Source: Lama glama
Taxonomy: Eukaryota
Length of the DNA: 64,000 nucleotides
Direction of reading: 5' to 3'
Assembly (NCBI GenBank): GCA_028534125.1
Contig: CM052818.1
Location: 19,842,001 to 19,906,000, forward strand
Shown here: piece after piece, positions 50,880-64,000 of the stretch
How positions within the stretch are numbered: position 1 is the first letter of the stretch
Layout: each line of letters begins with the position of its first letter
The notes under the pieces: generated by a model
Told to the model about the DNA's origin: nothing
Databases searched by the model: none
What the model saw: only the letters and a program-made list of their open reading frames with translations
Position numbers and translations under genes: made by a program

Positions 50880-53440
50880 AGTCCTCAAAATGCAGCTTCC
50901 AGACAGGAAAAATTGGTGTTGGTTAAGATGGGAAGACAGCTCCAAAGATAATTCACTTATTTTATCTGAGCAAATAGGTAGTTTGGACAGCCTAACCATG
51001 TGAAGTGTGGGCAAGATGAAAAGAAATGGCATGGTAACCCCTAAAAACACACTGTAGAAGAAGAAAAAGTCATAGAAGATAAGGAATCCAGCCTGAAAGA
51101 AAAAGCTACCCAAGGAGCAAAAACAAACAAAAAACCTTCATGCAATTTATCACAGAAAAGATGTTATTAAGGAGATGAATTCAATAAGATACAAACTCAA
51201 AGATGAGATAATGAAAGAAAATGAGGTGGAGAAGGAAATTGCAGAATTAATGAAATAAATTGAGAATCCAGATCACACTATTACAGATCATAAATTAGAA
51301 ACATAGATAAATTAGAAAATCAAGTTGTAGCATGGAGAAAAGGTTTCAGCTAATCAAAATGAATGAAGGCTAAGGGGGGTTGGGAAGAGTAAAGCAATTG
51401 GAAAAGAAACGATAAATATAGAGAACAGACAAAGGAGATCAACTTAAGACGAGTTAGTACCCCTAAAATACAAAACAAAAAATAATTCAAAGATATGACA
51501 GAAGACACTTTCTCCAGATGAAGGAATTATTCAATTTGTATACAAGGGGGCTCACTGTATCAAAAAATAATTGAATGAATTGGATTCAGAACAGAATATA
51601 AATGCTATAAAAATATTATAGTAATGGAAGTTATAGTGGGGGAAGGGAAGATGGAGAAAGGGAAGATGTACCCCCAACCACTCTGGCTACCCCCAGATCC
51701 TGAGCCTATTTGCTACAACCTCTTCAGGAAATAAGGCTTAAATGAAATTCTGCATATTGAACAATGAGTCTTCACCTTGTACCTGGTCCTTTTCACCCAC
51801 TGGGCCCAGTGCACTGACAGCCAGGCTTATACCATCCAGGCAGAATATTGAAATGATTTCTTTCTGGGAAAAATGGTACAAGAATACCCTCAGATAATGA
51901 CTTTTGAGATTTCTCTAAAAGGCTGGGTTCCTGTGAAATTCCTGGTACAGTTGAATCATGCTACTTGTGTACAGTGAACTCTAAACAGTCAACATAAAAA
52001 GACCCCAACATATCTTCTATGCAGAAATAAAGTTAGATTANNNNNNNNNNNNNNNNNNNNNNNNNNNNNNNNNNNNNNNNNNNNNNNNNNNNNNNNNNNN
52101 NNNNNNNNNNNNNNNNNNNNNNNNNNNNNNNNNNNNNNNNCAGGAAATAAGGCTTAAATGAAATTCTGCATATTGAACAATGAGTCTTCACCTTGTACCT
52201 GGTCCTTTTCACCCACTGGGCCCAGTGCACTGACAGCCAGGCTTATACCATCCAGGCAGAATATTGAAATGATTTCTTTCTGGGAAAAATGGTACAAGAA
52301 TACCCTCAGATAATGACTTTTGAGATTTCTCTAAAAGGCCGGGTTCCTGTGAAATTCCTGGTACAGTTGAATCATGCTACTTGTGTACAGTGAACTCTAA
52401 ACAGTCAACATAAAAAGACCCCAACATATCTTCTATGCAGAAATAAAGTTAGATTAAAAAAAAAAAAAAAGAACTGGGAGCCAGAATGGCTCTGAACTTC
52501 TCAGGTGGGAATCAGAAAACAATAGAGCAATGCCTTCAACATTCTGAGACAAATTGGTTTCCAACAGTTATAGTAAAGTCATCTTCACACTTTAAACATC
52601 TCTAAAATCTATTTTCCATGTACCCTTTCTCAGGAATCTATTAAAGGAGGTGCTTTAAAAAAAGAAAAAAAAAAAAAAAGGAAAGGGAAAACAGAAGGAG
52701 GAAGTCTTAGAATTCAGGGAACAGGAGTTCCCAAAGCACTGAGAGAGGCAAAGGGAATTCACAAGATGGTGTAGGGAACTCACAGGACAGCAGCTGTGCC
52801 TCAGGCTTAGAGAACAACCGGTTCAGTTTGGAGCAGGTGAGGTGTCTCCACAAAAGAAAGAGAACAGAGAGAGGCGGGGAGCACAAACAAGTATTTAGAG
52901 GTGATGTGTGTTTTCTTTGGAATATTTGAGGATGACTTAGTGACAGGAACGTAAGCAAATGGCGGGTGAAAAAGAGGCATTCTTAACATCCAAAGAAAAT
53001 TTAAAATTTACTCTAAGAAAGGAATGTAGTTATGGTTTGCAGTGTGCTTTCAGCTGTGATGAATATTTCCATAATCATCATAATGTGGACACTGTGCTAT
53101 TGATCCAGCTGAGAAGAGGAGATATTACCGTCAAAGAGGAAGATGAGTCACAGAGAAATGTGTGTGTGGGGATGGAAGGCTTGTGGGTAAAGAGTTCTAA
53201 ATCCTCTTCTTCCATTGTAGAAAGCAGAAAGTAACTAAATCTTGAAAATCTATGCATAATGTATGTTCTTTTAAATTTCAAGTACATAGAAGACGCAGGA
53301 AGAGTTGAAAGTGCCTGCCTCTGGAGCCGATATCAGGAGTACAGAGGAGTGCAGGGAGGGTTTATTAATCTAACCATGATCTTTGACTTTAAAGACACTT
53401 GTATATATTATTTTAATAAATATAAATTTTTAATTTTAAA
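50880..53440 (+). mobile_element. Old HAL1/L1 ORF1-like relic spanning the assembly gap
   Basis: A-rich ORF1-like tract 51100-51600, 'agaaaacaatagagcaatgccttcaacattctgag', and a HAL1-like 3' part at 52710-53440. Confidence 0.55.
52041..52140. other. Assembly gap (100 N)
   Basis: Seen directly. Confidence 1.
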
Positions 53441-53804
53441 AAGACAAGCTACAGAATTTTTCTAATTTTAAACTAGATCTTGGCTCCATTTGTTTCTGTA
53501 CTTATTATATGTAAGATCATAAACGCTCTTAATGTACCAAACAAACAGAATAGAGGACAACCTCTTGGATATTTGCACTTACTTAAACAAATATAAGATG
53601 GCCACAAGTGTGGTATAATGATGAAAGATGTGAAGATATGGATCTTGCCCCTTAGCCCAAGGAACTTGGAGCTTAGGACTTAGACAATACATACATAAAT
53701 GTTATTGAAACTAAGCTCTGATCATATTGCTGCCTTGATTTGAAATCTTCAGGGACTTCTTTAAGTTTGACCTTCAAGGCTTTTCTGAAATCCTAACACT
53801 AAAT

Positions 53805-54610
53805 CTGCCACAATGAGATACCACTTCACTACCCACTAAGATGGCTATAATCATTAATAAGTGTTAGCAAGGATGTGGAAATTGGAACCCTCATATACTG
53901 CTGATGGGAATATAAAATAGCTCAGCTGCCTTGGAGAACAGTGTGGCAGTTACTCAAAACTCAGAAGATTACGCATAGAATTACTAGCAAGTCCGTTCCT
54001 TAGTATATCTCCAAGAAAAATGAGAACATATGTTCACACAAAACTTGTACATGAATGTTTATAGTAGCATTATGTGTAATAGCCAAAAAGTCAAAACAAG
54101 CCAAGTGTCCATCAACTGATGTTTGGAAAAAATAAAATGTGATATATCCGTATAACAAAATATTATTCGGCAATAAAAAAGAATGAAATGTTTTTACATG
54201 CTACAAAATGGATGAACCTTGGAAACATGGTAAGTGGAAGAAATGAGTCACAGAAGGCCATACATTGATTCATTTATTTGAAATGTTCAGAATAGGCAAA
54301 TCCATAGAGACAGAAGGTAGACTGGTGGTTGCCTAGGTCTAGAGGGAAGGAGAAATTGGGAGTGACTACACATGGTAAGTGGAAGAAATGAGTCACAGAA
54401 GGCCATACATTGATTCATTTATTTGAAATGTTCAGAATAGGCAAATCCATAGAGACAGAAGGTAGACTGGTGGTTGCCTAGGTCTAGAGGGAAGGAGAAA
54501 TTGGGAGTGACTACTAATGGGTAAAGGGCTTCATTGTGGGGTGATGGTTGCATAACTGTAAATACACTAAAAACATTGAATTGTGCACTTTAAGTGAATT
54601 GTATGGCTGA
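53805..54610 (+). mobile_element. L1MB-like 3' end carrying a 145-bp tandem duplication
   Basis: 'ccacaatgagataccacttcactacccactaagatggctataatc...catatgttcacacaaaacttgtacatgaatgtttatagtagcatt'. Confidence 0.85.
54225..54514. repeat. Perfect 2 x 145-bp tandem repeat
   Basis: 54225-54369 is identical to 54370-54514. Confidence 0.97.
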
Positions 54611-56313
54611 AAAGGGTTTTCTGTGGCAAGTTTTTACTGTCTTTGATAAAGTTACTTTTAAAAATTCTAACTCTAGCCTACTTTTTCCAGTCTTATTTTC
54701 CATTCTTCCACTTGGCCTCAACCAATTTTAATAAAGTTCTTTCTACCAACAATGCAGCTCTTTCTCCAGTTCTTTTAGACCAAATACTACCCATTCTTCC
54801 AAATCCAGCTGAACTTCCTCCTCTTTCATAAATTAGAAAAAGTTAACTCTTCCTAGCAGAAAGTAAACTCTGCTCTCAGCTTCTACCAGACCTTATGTCT
54901 CCAGGCACATAACTTTATGTATTGCAACATAGACAAGTTGTGTAAGTGAAAGGCAGTCAACATTTGTCAGCCATATAAAGTCAAAAATTACCCTAGAAAA
55001 TCCTTTAAGTTGCCTGAGCAGTACAGTTCTTTCTTTACATTCAACTCACCAGTTTTTTCCCTCCAAGATTAGAACAGATTAATCTCTGTTCTGTTGAACA
55101 CTAGTTGAGAAATTGATTTGCATTTTTAAGTGTTACACAAAATAAAAGAAGAACAATAAAGCCCAGCGAATAACACAAATGTGGATGTATGGTGATTGCC
55201 TCCCACTTTCTTCCAGTCCCAGTTTTCAACAGAAACAGGCTAAAGCTCTTAACTTGTGTAGGTTGTGGATGAGAAGTAATAAGATGGACAGGTCATTGGG
55301 GATTGGTTTGTGCACTGACTTGTCGTTCGGGATTGCTTTAATTCAGTGTACATTTTATGTGATTGACCTATTTCTAATGAAAGAAACTAACAAAACAAAT
55401 ATTTTCCCCTTTTCCACACCAGCAGGAAGAAACTGCTTTTCATAAACTTTGTAATAACTAAATAACTAACTAACTAAACCACTAAATATTTGGACTCCAG
55501 TTATTGCATCGTGGTGGGATTTTACTCTGCTGTAACTAGACTCATGGTCCACGCGGTTAAATGATCACACTATTGGGGGCAGGCTGAAACCAAGACTTAC
55601 TAAGAGACTGGCAGAATTATGTCTTTCCACCCTTATACTCTAAAATGTGTACTTAACAAAGAAGAATGGTAGGTAGAATCACTAAATATTTTGAAATATT
55701 TTGTTCTCATTCTCTGCTCCTTCCCCACCAACTAGAGTTGATTTGCTTAAATGAAGTGTGCCATAAGGGGCTAGTTGAATAAGCGATGCTTCCTTCATAC
55801 AATGGAATCCTAGTAAAACTGTTAACAAGGGAAAACAGCTAAACTGGGTTTATAAGATGGTGCATTTGAGTTTTGTTTTGCAGAATATATAATATATGTA
55901 TGCATATATGCAGATGTGCATATATCATTCTAAACAAAATTGTGTTTATTTGTGTATGCATAAAATATTTCTGGAAGGATATGTAATAAGTTGGTAATAG
56001 CAGTTGCTTTTGGGGAAAGGAACCAGAGTTGATGATTAAGATGGGAGGAGGACTTAGTTTTCACTGCAAACCCTCTTTCGTATTGTTTGACTTTGACTAT
56101 GTGCACATACTACCTTTCCAGGTGAAAAACAGTTATATCTTCTTACCAATTAATCGTTGATAATTCATGGCAAATATTGGTATGTCAACTTGAGACACTT
56201 ATTTTAAATGAACAGAACATATATGTATGAATAGTGATAATTTGTGCTGTTTGTTTGATTCCCCAGCAGCTAAGATATATACCACCAATGGTTTACGTAT
56301 TTGTGTTTTACAG

Positions 56314-56422
56314 GGCTACATCCATCTGGGAGAATAGTCTCCAGATCACTACAATTTCTAGTGTTGTAGGAACATGGCTTGGAGCCTTTCCTATTCCACT
56401 CGATTGGGGAAGACCATGGCAG
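56314..56422 (+). CDS. PIGF: PIGF exon 5 (ATSIWENSLQITTISSVVGTWLGAFPIPLDWGRPWQ); gene continues beyond the window
   Basis: ttacag acceptor, CAG|GTTGGT donor, 109 nt, PIG-F/Gpi11 motif PIPLDWxRPWQ; coding total so far 546 nt = 182 codons. Confidence 0.97.
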
Positions 56423-56929
56423 GTTGGTTTGAGCTCCTTAAAGCAACAAAATAGATGTTTGTACAATGATGGTAAAACTGATGAAGCTAACTAGTATGTA
56501 TATATAAATTGTTTTGTTGTTCAGTTTATCAGGGATGCCAATTCCCTGTGTCACTGTAATCTGGGTGACTCATTGGGGCCTGTCTAATGCCACAGGTATC
56601 AAGATCAGCCTGTTTCTATATTCCAGCACTATTTTTTCTATATGTATTGGTGAATAAACAAGCTTAGTTTGAGGATATGTATAGAATTTTTAAAAAATAG
56701 GCTAGAAGTTACAGGAATTCCCAATTTTCAACTTTGATATTCATTGCCATTGTGGCCTTAGATTCATATTTTCTTAACTTGATTGATAGCCAAATTGAAT
56801 GTTGATATTGAGGGATTTTTTAAAAATCATATAACAAGGTAGGTTTTGAAATAGGGGTTTGTGGTATCAGAGGAAGCTCATAAGCATCAGGTTTTTCATT
56901 TCTTGTCACAATAGGATGTAGCTAATAAG

Positions 56930-57740
56930 CTAAGTGAAGCACTATGAGATAAGTGTTCTTTTTATCCCCATTTTACAGATGAGGAAACATACCTAGAAGA
57001 TATGTACTGTTTGTAAGGTCACTAAGCTAGTAATGTTTACATCTTTCTCATAATTTTTAATGGCTTTGTAGTAAACCATTATGTATTTATTCTAAAATTT
57101 ATTTAACATATTAACTATTGATCATTTAGGTTATTGCTAATATTTTACTATTTTTACTATTTTACGATTATAAACAGTGCTGTTATAAACATCTTTGAAT
57201 CTATCTCAATGGATTTTTCCAATTATTTTCTTAAGATAATTTCTCCCAAATGAAATTGTAGTATTAAAAAATATATTTTCTTTTTCCAACATGAAGAGAA
57301 TTTTTCCCTGATTACAAAGACAGTATACATTTATTTAGAAAATTTAGGTAATACTAATAACTATAAAAAGTAAGTAAAAATTATCAAACATCCAGCCCAG
57401 AGGCAACTCCCATTTGTATTTTGGTGATAATTTTTGCAGCTCTCTGTTTATGTATTCATAATATACATGTTATTTTAAATCTGTGTTTTTTTCCTTCAAC
57501 AATATATTATGGAGCACATTCTATGTCAGTGAAAATTTACATATGTGTAATACTTTGTTATTTTGGTAAAATCATATGCCAGTTTCTTACAAATGGACAC
57601 TTAGATTATTTACAGTTCTTACCATTGTTAATTAATTATTATTAATTATGGTGATTATCATAAAACATACATCTTTGCAGATTTGTCCAATTTTCTCTTT
57701 AGTGTAAATTCCTACATAATGAATGGCTGGGTTAAATCTT
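56930..57740 (-). mobile_element. MIR core followed by old L1ME-like 3' fragments
   Basis: 'tatccccattttacagatgaggaaac'; 'gatcatttaggttattgcta...ataaacagtgctgttataaacatct'. Confidence 0.6.
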
Positions 57741-60689
57741 TGTTATGTCTCTCAATTTCCAAAGGCTCTTGAGGAATTGTATGCTTTGCACTTAACTTCT
57801 TACTTTTTAAGCCCATTCTTTGTGCTTTCTATTAGATGTTATGTCTCCCAGAAAGATGAATTGTTCTTTTACATTCAGTAAGTTTGGTAGATTTGCCCTT
57901 CCCTCTGATGAGTCTTCATCTACTATGTGTTATAGAAACCCCTGGAGGTTTGGAGTGTATGGTGTCTCTGATACCCTTCCCGAGGTTATAGTATTAATAA
58001 AGGTTTCCTTTATATTTCCTTGGCCATCTCGGTGATCACTGGGAAATGAGGATTCATTTGTACCCAAGTTACCATCTTATGGAACTTAATTTCGTTCAGT
58101 AGTGTCAGTGATTTTTAAATTGGAGGACAATCAAAGTCACTGAAAAGTATACATAGGAAATTGTGTTTTAATTCATTACTTTCAGATACATGCAATTAAA
58201 TCTAAATACGGAGTATCCATATATGAAGCAGTATGGGCCATCAGCTTCTGAGTTGGTAAGGCAATGTGTAATTAACATGTCAGTTTGCATATAGATGGAA
58301 TATTTTGGAATGTAAAAGATTGATATCTTACACTTGTATAAGTCTTTTGTTTATAAGACTATGTAGAAGTAGATACTGAATTATGGGGAATAGATGTGCC
58401 TTTGTAAAGTCTGGGTTTAGATTTGTGAAGAAAATATATATTTTAGTTATTTACAATCCAGTTACCCATTTTTGATTGTTTAGGCTTTTAGCCACTGACT
58501 CTCAGTTTTCTACTTCAGTACTTGTTTATAATAAGGGGTGAGCTGGATCCAAACTAATGGTATCAGACTTTTTAAATTAATGTAAAGTTTCTATTTGTAT
58601 TCCTGAATTTAAAAATATTTTCTATCTAGCTAATTAATAAGTAACAAATGTTGGTCTTCATTAAGAATGTTTCACTTGACTGGAATATTACGGGTTGTTT
58701 AATAATCTTTACTGTTGGGTTTTTAGAGTGTTCCAAGTTAATGACCCACTTATTCACTATAATCTTTTAAAATTATGATAGATACTGTTGGTGAAATGAT
58801 AAAATTGACATATAATTAGTCATCTTTTATTCACATAATAATCACCTGCTCCTGTCCCTTTTAGCAATTGTTTACTGGTATACTGGAGAAATGATAAGGG
58901 TTCTTTTTTTTTTCTTTCTTTCACTTTTTATTCTCAGCAAACAAGGTTTTTTGTTCTGTTTTGTTTTTTCCTTCATAAATCTAACTACCCAGAGTAAGCA
59001 CTTAGTGTGGCTCATGGTGCTGACAGAATCTGCCAGAGGAACAATAAATCAGATACAATATTGTGGCATTACCTCAGAATGGAGATTTTTCTAGACTAAA
59101 ATTTCATGAGAATTCCACACATTATTATTGAAACTGTAACATGTATTAGGAACAGATTTTACTGCTCTATTCCTTGTGGTCCAGTACAGATTTGACATGT
59201 TTGTGGTAAAGCAAGCTTTTCTGGATTGTGATCTGGTTTTACTTGTATTCTAATTAGAAAAACAAGAGTATCTGGTTAAGCAATTATACTTTCTTTAAAA
59301 ACACACACACACAGACCAACCTTACAAAAACTTTTACATATTTTAACTCCACTTTTAAGACTTTGAACTCAAATCTGACTTTGTATAAAATTTCTAGAGG
59401 CCAGACGTAAGATTATAATGATGCAAGTTTCTGTATTGAGCAGTTTCAGGAATACTTATATTTTTTAAATTGTTTCATCATTAAATGACTAGAAAGGCCC
59501 ACTGAAATATATAGCCTCAATGAAGGTAAGTTTTTTCATGTACCAATAGAAATTTTTAATAATTTTACATAATGACAGACGACGAAAGATACCAGGCACC
59601 TTTTTAGTTGGAGGAAGCCTTCCCTTTGTAGGAGGCAGCAAGAGAATTTGCAGAAAGAGAGTATGGTCGGATGGCTACCCACTGTGTTGTTAGGCATCTT
59701 TGTTGTTTTCTTTCCAAATAACTGAGAGCCATCTTGCTTCTCTTCTGGGCCTTAACTATTGCACTGCAAACATTTGAATTGTCCATAACCCAGACAGACT
59801 TCTTCACTCCAAGAGAAAGCTTATAGCTATGGTTACTGACAAAATGAATATTTTGACAATGGAAAACCTTTGTACATTATAATTTGATGCTTTATCTGCT
59901 GTAAAAATAGCTAATCAGTAAATATTTGTTGAGTTCTTACTGTGTACAAAGTATATATTCTATGTAAGTATAACAGATACTCAAATATTATCAAGACTGG
60001 AATTTGTTTGATAACAATAATTTAGATTCATATTGTGATTCAGATTCAGATTTAATATGGTCTGAATATTTTGTATAATAGGTGATTATGAGCCTTTCAT
60101 CTGGAAAATGTCTTAATTCTTTATCAAAATGGGCTATATTTCATGTTGCTAAGAAAATTAATGGGAGGTTAAGAATTGTTGTTGGTTATTCTGAGCAAAG
60201 GAAATTTACCATGAAGTTTTTAAACCCACATGTTTTAGTAATAGGTAGACAGATACCAGGATGATCAGGGCTCTGGCATCAGATTATTGGGTTCAAATCC
60301 TGGCTCTGCCAATTGCTAGTGAAGATTAAATAATATAATCCTTCTAAAGTACTTAGTTCAGAACCTAACACGTAGTTACTGCTTAATTAATGTTACAGGC
60401 ATTTGTGACCTATAAAAGGAGTAGATTAATAACTATTTTTTTTAGCGTTACCCAATAAACTGCTAATTCCATTATTTGAGTTCTCAGAGTGTTAGAGAGT
60501 ATGTTAATTGTCTCAGTTTATTTTATTCATTCTGCCCAGCGGTTCTTCAGTTGGCAGAATGGATTGTTAACTCACCCTTTTGTTTCTCTGGTATTTTTGT
60601 ATTCAAGGTATTTGGATTTCACATACTTTTCAATCCCGTCTGATGTTTCAGAATGTGATAGAAAGAAAATGTAATTATCTGTAGATCCC

Positions 60690-60890
60690 TCTGTGTGTGC
60701 ATCAGGCATGGGACTTGGCACTGTCATCACACGAGTAACTTAATCCTGACAACCACAGTGCAAGGCAGGTTTCATTCCCATTTCTACACATAAGAAAGCA
60801 AAGTGTGGCGAGCGGAGTACATATCTTGCTCAGTATTACTTGGCTGGTAAGAGAAAGACTCAGGATCCAGAGCCCCAGGACACCATGATT
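60690..60890 (-). mobile_element. MIR SINE in PIGF intron 5
   Basis: 'ttaatcctgacaaccacagtgcaaggcaggtttcattcccatttctacacataagaaagcaaag' matches the reverse-complement MIR core. Confidence 0.65.
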
Positions 60891-63075
60891 CTCTTTGTCC
60901 CTGGAGACTCTGAAACATAACTTTTGTTTTTAGAAAATGGCCATAGCTTAGCTCTCTTTGGAAAAGGTTGAGTAGTTGACTATATTGCATTTCTTTCCCC
61001 TCATGAGAATTTCATTTAAATGCCATGACTACTCTGGTAATGTATGTATTTTAGACGATAAAATTTAATATATTTGTAGGAGAGTATATAAAACTAATAT
61101 GTGAAGCTTTTGTATCCAGAAAACCAACAAATGCCTTTAAACTCTGGACTTCATTGCTACTGTCTCCAAAATGGAATTGAACCAGATTTGAACCAAATCT
61201 CTTCTAAGCTCACTTACTTCTTATAAAGTAAAAAGGCAAAATGGATTGAAATTGTCTTTAAAACAATTTAAAATTGTTTAAAAATGTTTGTATTTACTCC
61301 TATCAGATACTAGATAAATGAGACATTGTTATATTTAAAAATCTTTTTTTGTTTTCTCTGGTTTTATCAGGTTAAAAATTTAGTATCTGGGAAACATTTA
61401 TATAAAGTCACAGATGCCACAGATAATACTTTCATAAATTGAAGCTAGAGATCATAAGGATAATTAGATGAATTACTACAAATAATGCTAGAGTGAGGGA
61501 TAAAACTAGGATTATGGATTCAATTATTGAAGGGTTGCATATTTTTAGGTTAATTGGTGTTTCTGGTGTTACTAAAGGTATTATATAGTGTTTTAGACAG
61601 GCCAAAATAAAATATTAGTTTATATGAATGTGATTTATATATTTGAAGCATGGAAAAAACCTATAATATTCAACTGATAGAAAATGGTTCTGGATTTAAA
61701 AGGTGGGTTCCTTGTAGGGTAATGACATTGAAAATGATCTGCTAGCAGGACTTTTATGTGAGAGAGAAGAGTGCTGGCTAAAGTAACCCTTTTGCATGAT
61801 CCTGGCAAGGACCATTTATTGTCACTTTGACAAGAAGGTCTGGCCCAGCGACTACGCACCTCTCCACAAATAGCTCTTCCTAAATCTGTGTTCTTAGTCA
61901 TAGGAGAGTGGTAGAGTATACGTGAAACAGGATGGATTTACAACTAGAGAAATATATCCAGCTGAACAGATTCATCTACACGTGTATTTCTACATCCGAC
62001 AATAGCATTTGCTTTAAGAACATCTGGAAAAATGTATCACCTAAAGCCAAATTCAGAGGAAAATAGAAATGACCATTTAAAACCACTAGAAAAAGATGAA
62101 TTCTGTCAATCTTGCAAATGTAAATTATTGTAAGCATAATAAACAAAACATATTAAAAAGTAGTTCTTGAGAAATTTAGAACTGCCTGGGTTTTATCTTC
62201 TTCTTCTTCTTCTTTTTTTTAATCTGAAAGAGCCAGTAATCCTAATGGTTGTGAGTTCTATGTGTTTCTAGGTTTTCTGATCTTCAGGTAGGTCAGTGTC
62301 CCCATATCTGTGATAGCACATACCTCTCCAAAAATAATATTGTAGCACATTTAAAAAAATTTTTTGTTGTTAAAATTTATCTAAAATTAAATAATCTTAG
62401 TTTGCCCCTTACCTTCTTGGTTTAGGAGTGGCTCTCATAGTTTTGAATGAATGGAGCTGTTTAAACGGAGACTTAAAAGTGACAGAAATGTCTACCAGTG
62501 GTTGGTTTAAAACCAGTTTCTGTGCTTATACTTCTTAAAAGTTACGAAAAACGACAGCTAGGAGCAGGAACTGCCCTTCTATTTTGGAGGTGGGGCTACA
62601 TATGGTTAACATAATGCCATGTGCTGTATCCCTCTTGAGAGTTCTCTCCTGTAAGCTTTATGCATCCCATATGTATCATGTGAAGAATTGCATGTGCTAA
62701 AGATGCTTATGTTACAAGGGAAAAGGAATAAATAGTTCCTACAGCACAATATAACATTGCTTATGAACTATTTTATTTGTTCCAAACTGCTGGCTCTAAT
62801 TATTAACCTACTAGAATACCTAAGAGGTACTTCCACTAGTGATAATATAGGTTTAATTTTTTCCAAGTTAAAACATGTAATAATATACAGAATGATACTG
62901 ATGCATGGTACTTTACAGCTTTCATGATAGTTTTTTTAAATATTACTTCATTTAATACAATAGCCCATGTTTTAAGTGCAAGAGGTGTATTATCCCTGTT
63001 TTGCATTTGGGAAACTGAGGCTCAGTTGTTAAGTGACCTGGCAAAGGTCATATGGCCAGTAAGGGGCTGTGCACT

Positions 63076-63518
63076 AAGTAGTGCTGCTCTGAACACTGAG
63101 GTGCATTTATCTTTTCAAATTAGAGTTTTCTCCAGATATTTGCCCAGGAGTAGGATTGCTGGATCATATGTTAATTTTATTTTTAGTTTTTTAAGGAATC
63201 TCCCTACTGTTTACCATAATGGCTGCTCCAATTTATATTCTCACCAATAGTGTAGGAGGGTTCCCTTTTCTCTACACCCTCTTCAGCATTTATTATTTGT
63301 AGACTTCTTAAAGTTGTGATGTGATACCTCATTGTAGTTTTGATTTGCATTTCTTCGATAATTAATGATATTGAGCATCTTTTCACATACTTGTTGGTCA
63401 TCTGTATGTTGTCTTTGGACAAATGTCTGTTTAGGTTTTTTGCCCATTTGTTGATTGGGTTGTTTGGTTTTTTGATATTAAGCTGTATGAGTTCTTTGTA
63501 TCTTTGGGAAATTAATCC
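63076..63518 (-). mobile_element. Internal L1 ORF2-end fragment between MIR pieces
   Basis: ORF 63204-63527 reads [17 protein letters not shown]...KTTMRYH; no poly(A) tail visible. Confidence 0.85.
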
Positions 63519-64000
63519 AAGGGTCACATATTTAACAAATGGTAGAGCTGAGACTCAAATCAAGTCAAATACAAAAATCAGTGTTCTTAATCACTATTCT
63601 GTACTACTTAGAACATGTTTTGAAACATATCAAACTCTATATACCAGTACATTCTCCTTTCCTAAAATGTAAGCACTGTTTTACAGTAATGCCTGATCAG
63701 AAAGCAGTGTGGTTTTCAGGTGGAAATAAGTTTGTGTAATTTTGAAATGTCTTTCAACCAGCAATAATATCGATTTTAACAAAAAACCAGTTATATATAT
63801 ATTATTTAAGAATTTTTTTAGCTTATTAGGGTGAAATTGTTTAATTTCTGAGAGAAAAATTACTTATGGTTGGTAGCATGTACCAAGATCCTATAATATC
63901 AGGCCTTAGTTAATGCTGATTATTTCAAGAGAATACTGACCTTTTTGGTTTAAGTACTGAAACATACATTAAAAAAGTCATTTGATTTTGAGGAAGGGTA

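Noticed and set aside
56423..64000. PIGF terminal exon and the overlapping RHOQ 3' end expected from human synteny
   Set aside because: No VWPISCTLG-like exon or recognisable RHOQ sequence found; presumably just beyond the window
1..64000. CRISPR arrays, operons or other prokaryotic systems
   Set aside because: Intron-exon genes and mammalian repeats throughout; no repeat-spacer array

Overview
This is mammalian genomic DNA, most likely camelid, judged from two tRNA-Ala-derived vic-1-type SINEs. It holds two head-to-head genes sharing a compact CpG-island promoter (~41.0-42.1 kb). CRIPT (minus strand) is complete, with 5 coding exons encoding 101 aa ending in the PDZ ligand QTSV. PIGF (plus strand) has a non-coding exon 1 and coding exons 2-5 (182 codons); its last exon lies beyond the window. 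The first ~32 kb has no recognisable gene and is dense in L1, L2, MIR, ERV LTR and hAT relics. I found no wholly new system. The best leads are regulatory features of PIGF: a spliced uORF whose TGA overlaps the PIGF ATG; a ~100-bp ancient duplicate flanking exon 2 that keeps a perfect heat-shock element in both copies; a reconstituted 5' splice site at the start of exon 3; and a MIR-derived stop-containing candidate exon in intron 5. A 100-N gap is flanked by a probable false duplication. Repeat family names and human comparisons come from memory of consensus sequences, not from a search; old-repeat boundaries are approximate.
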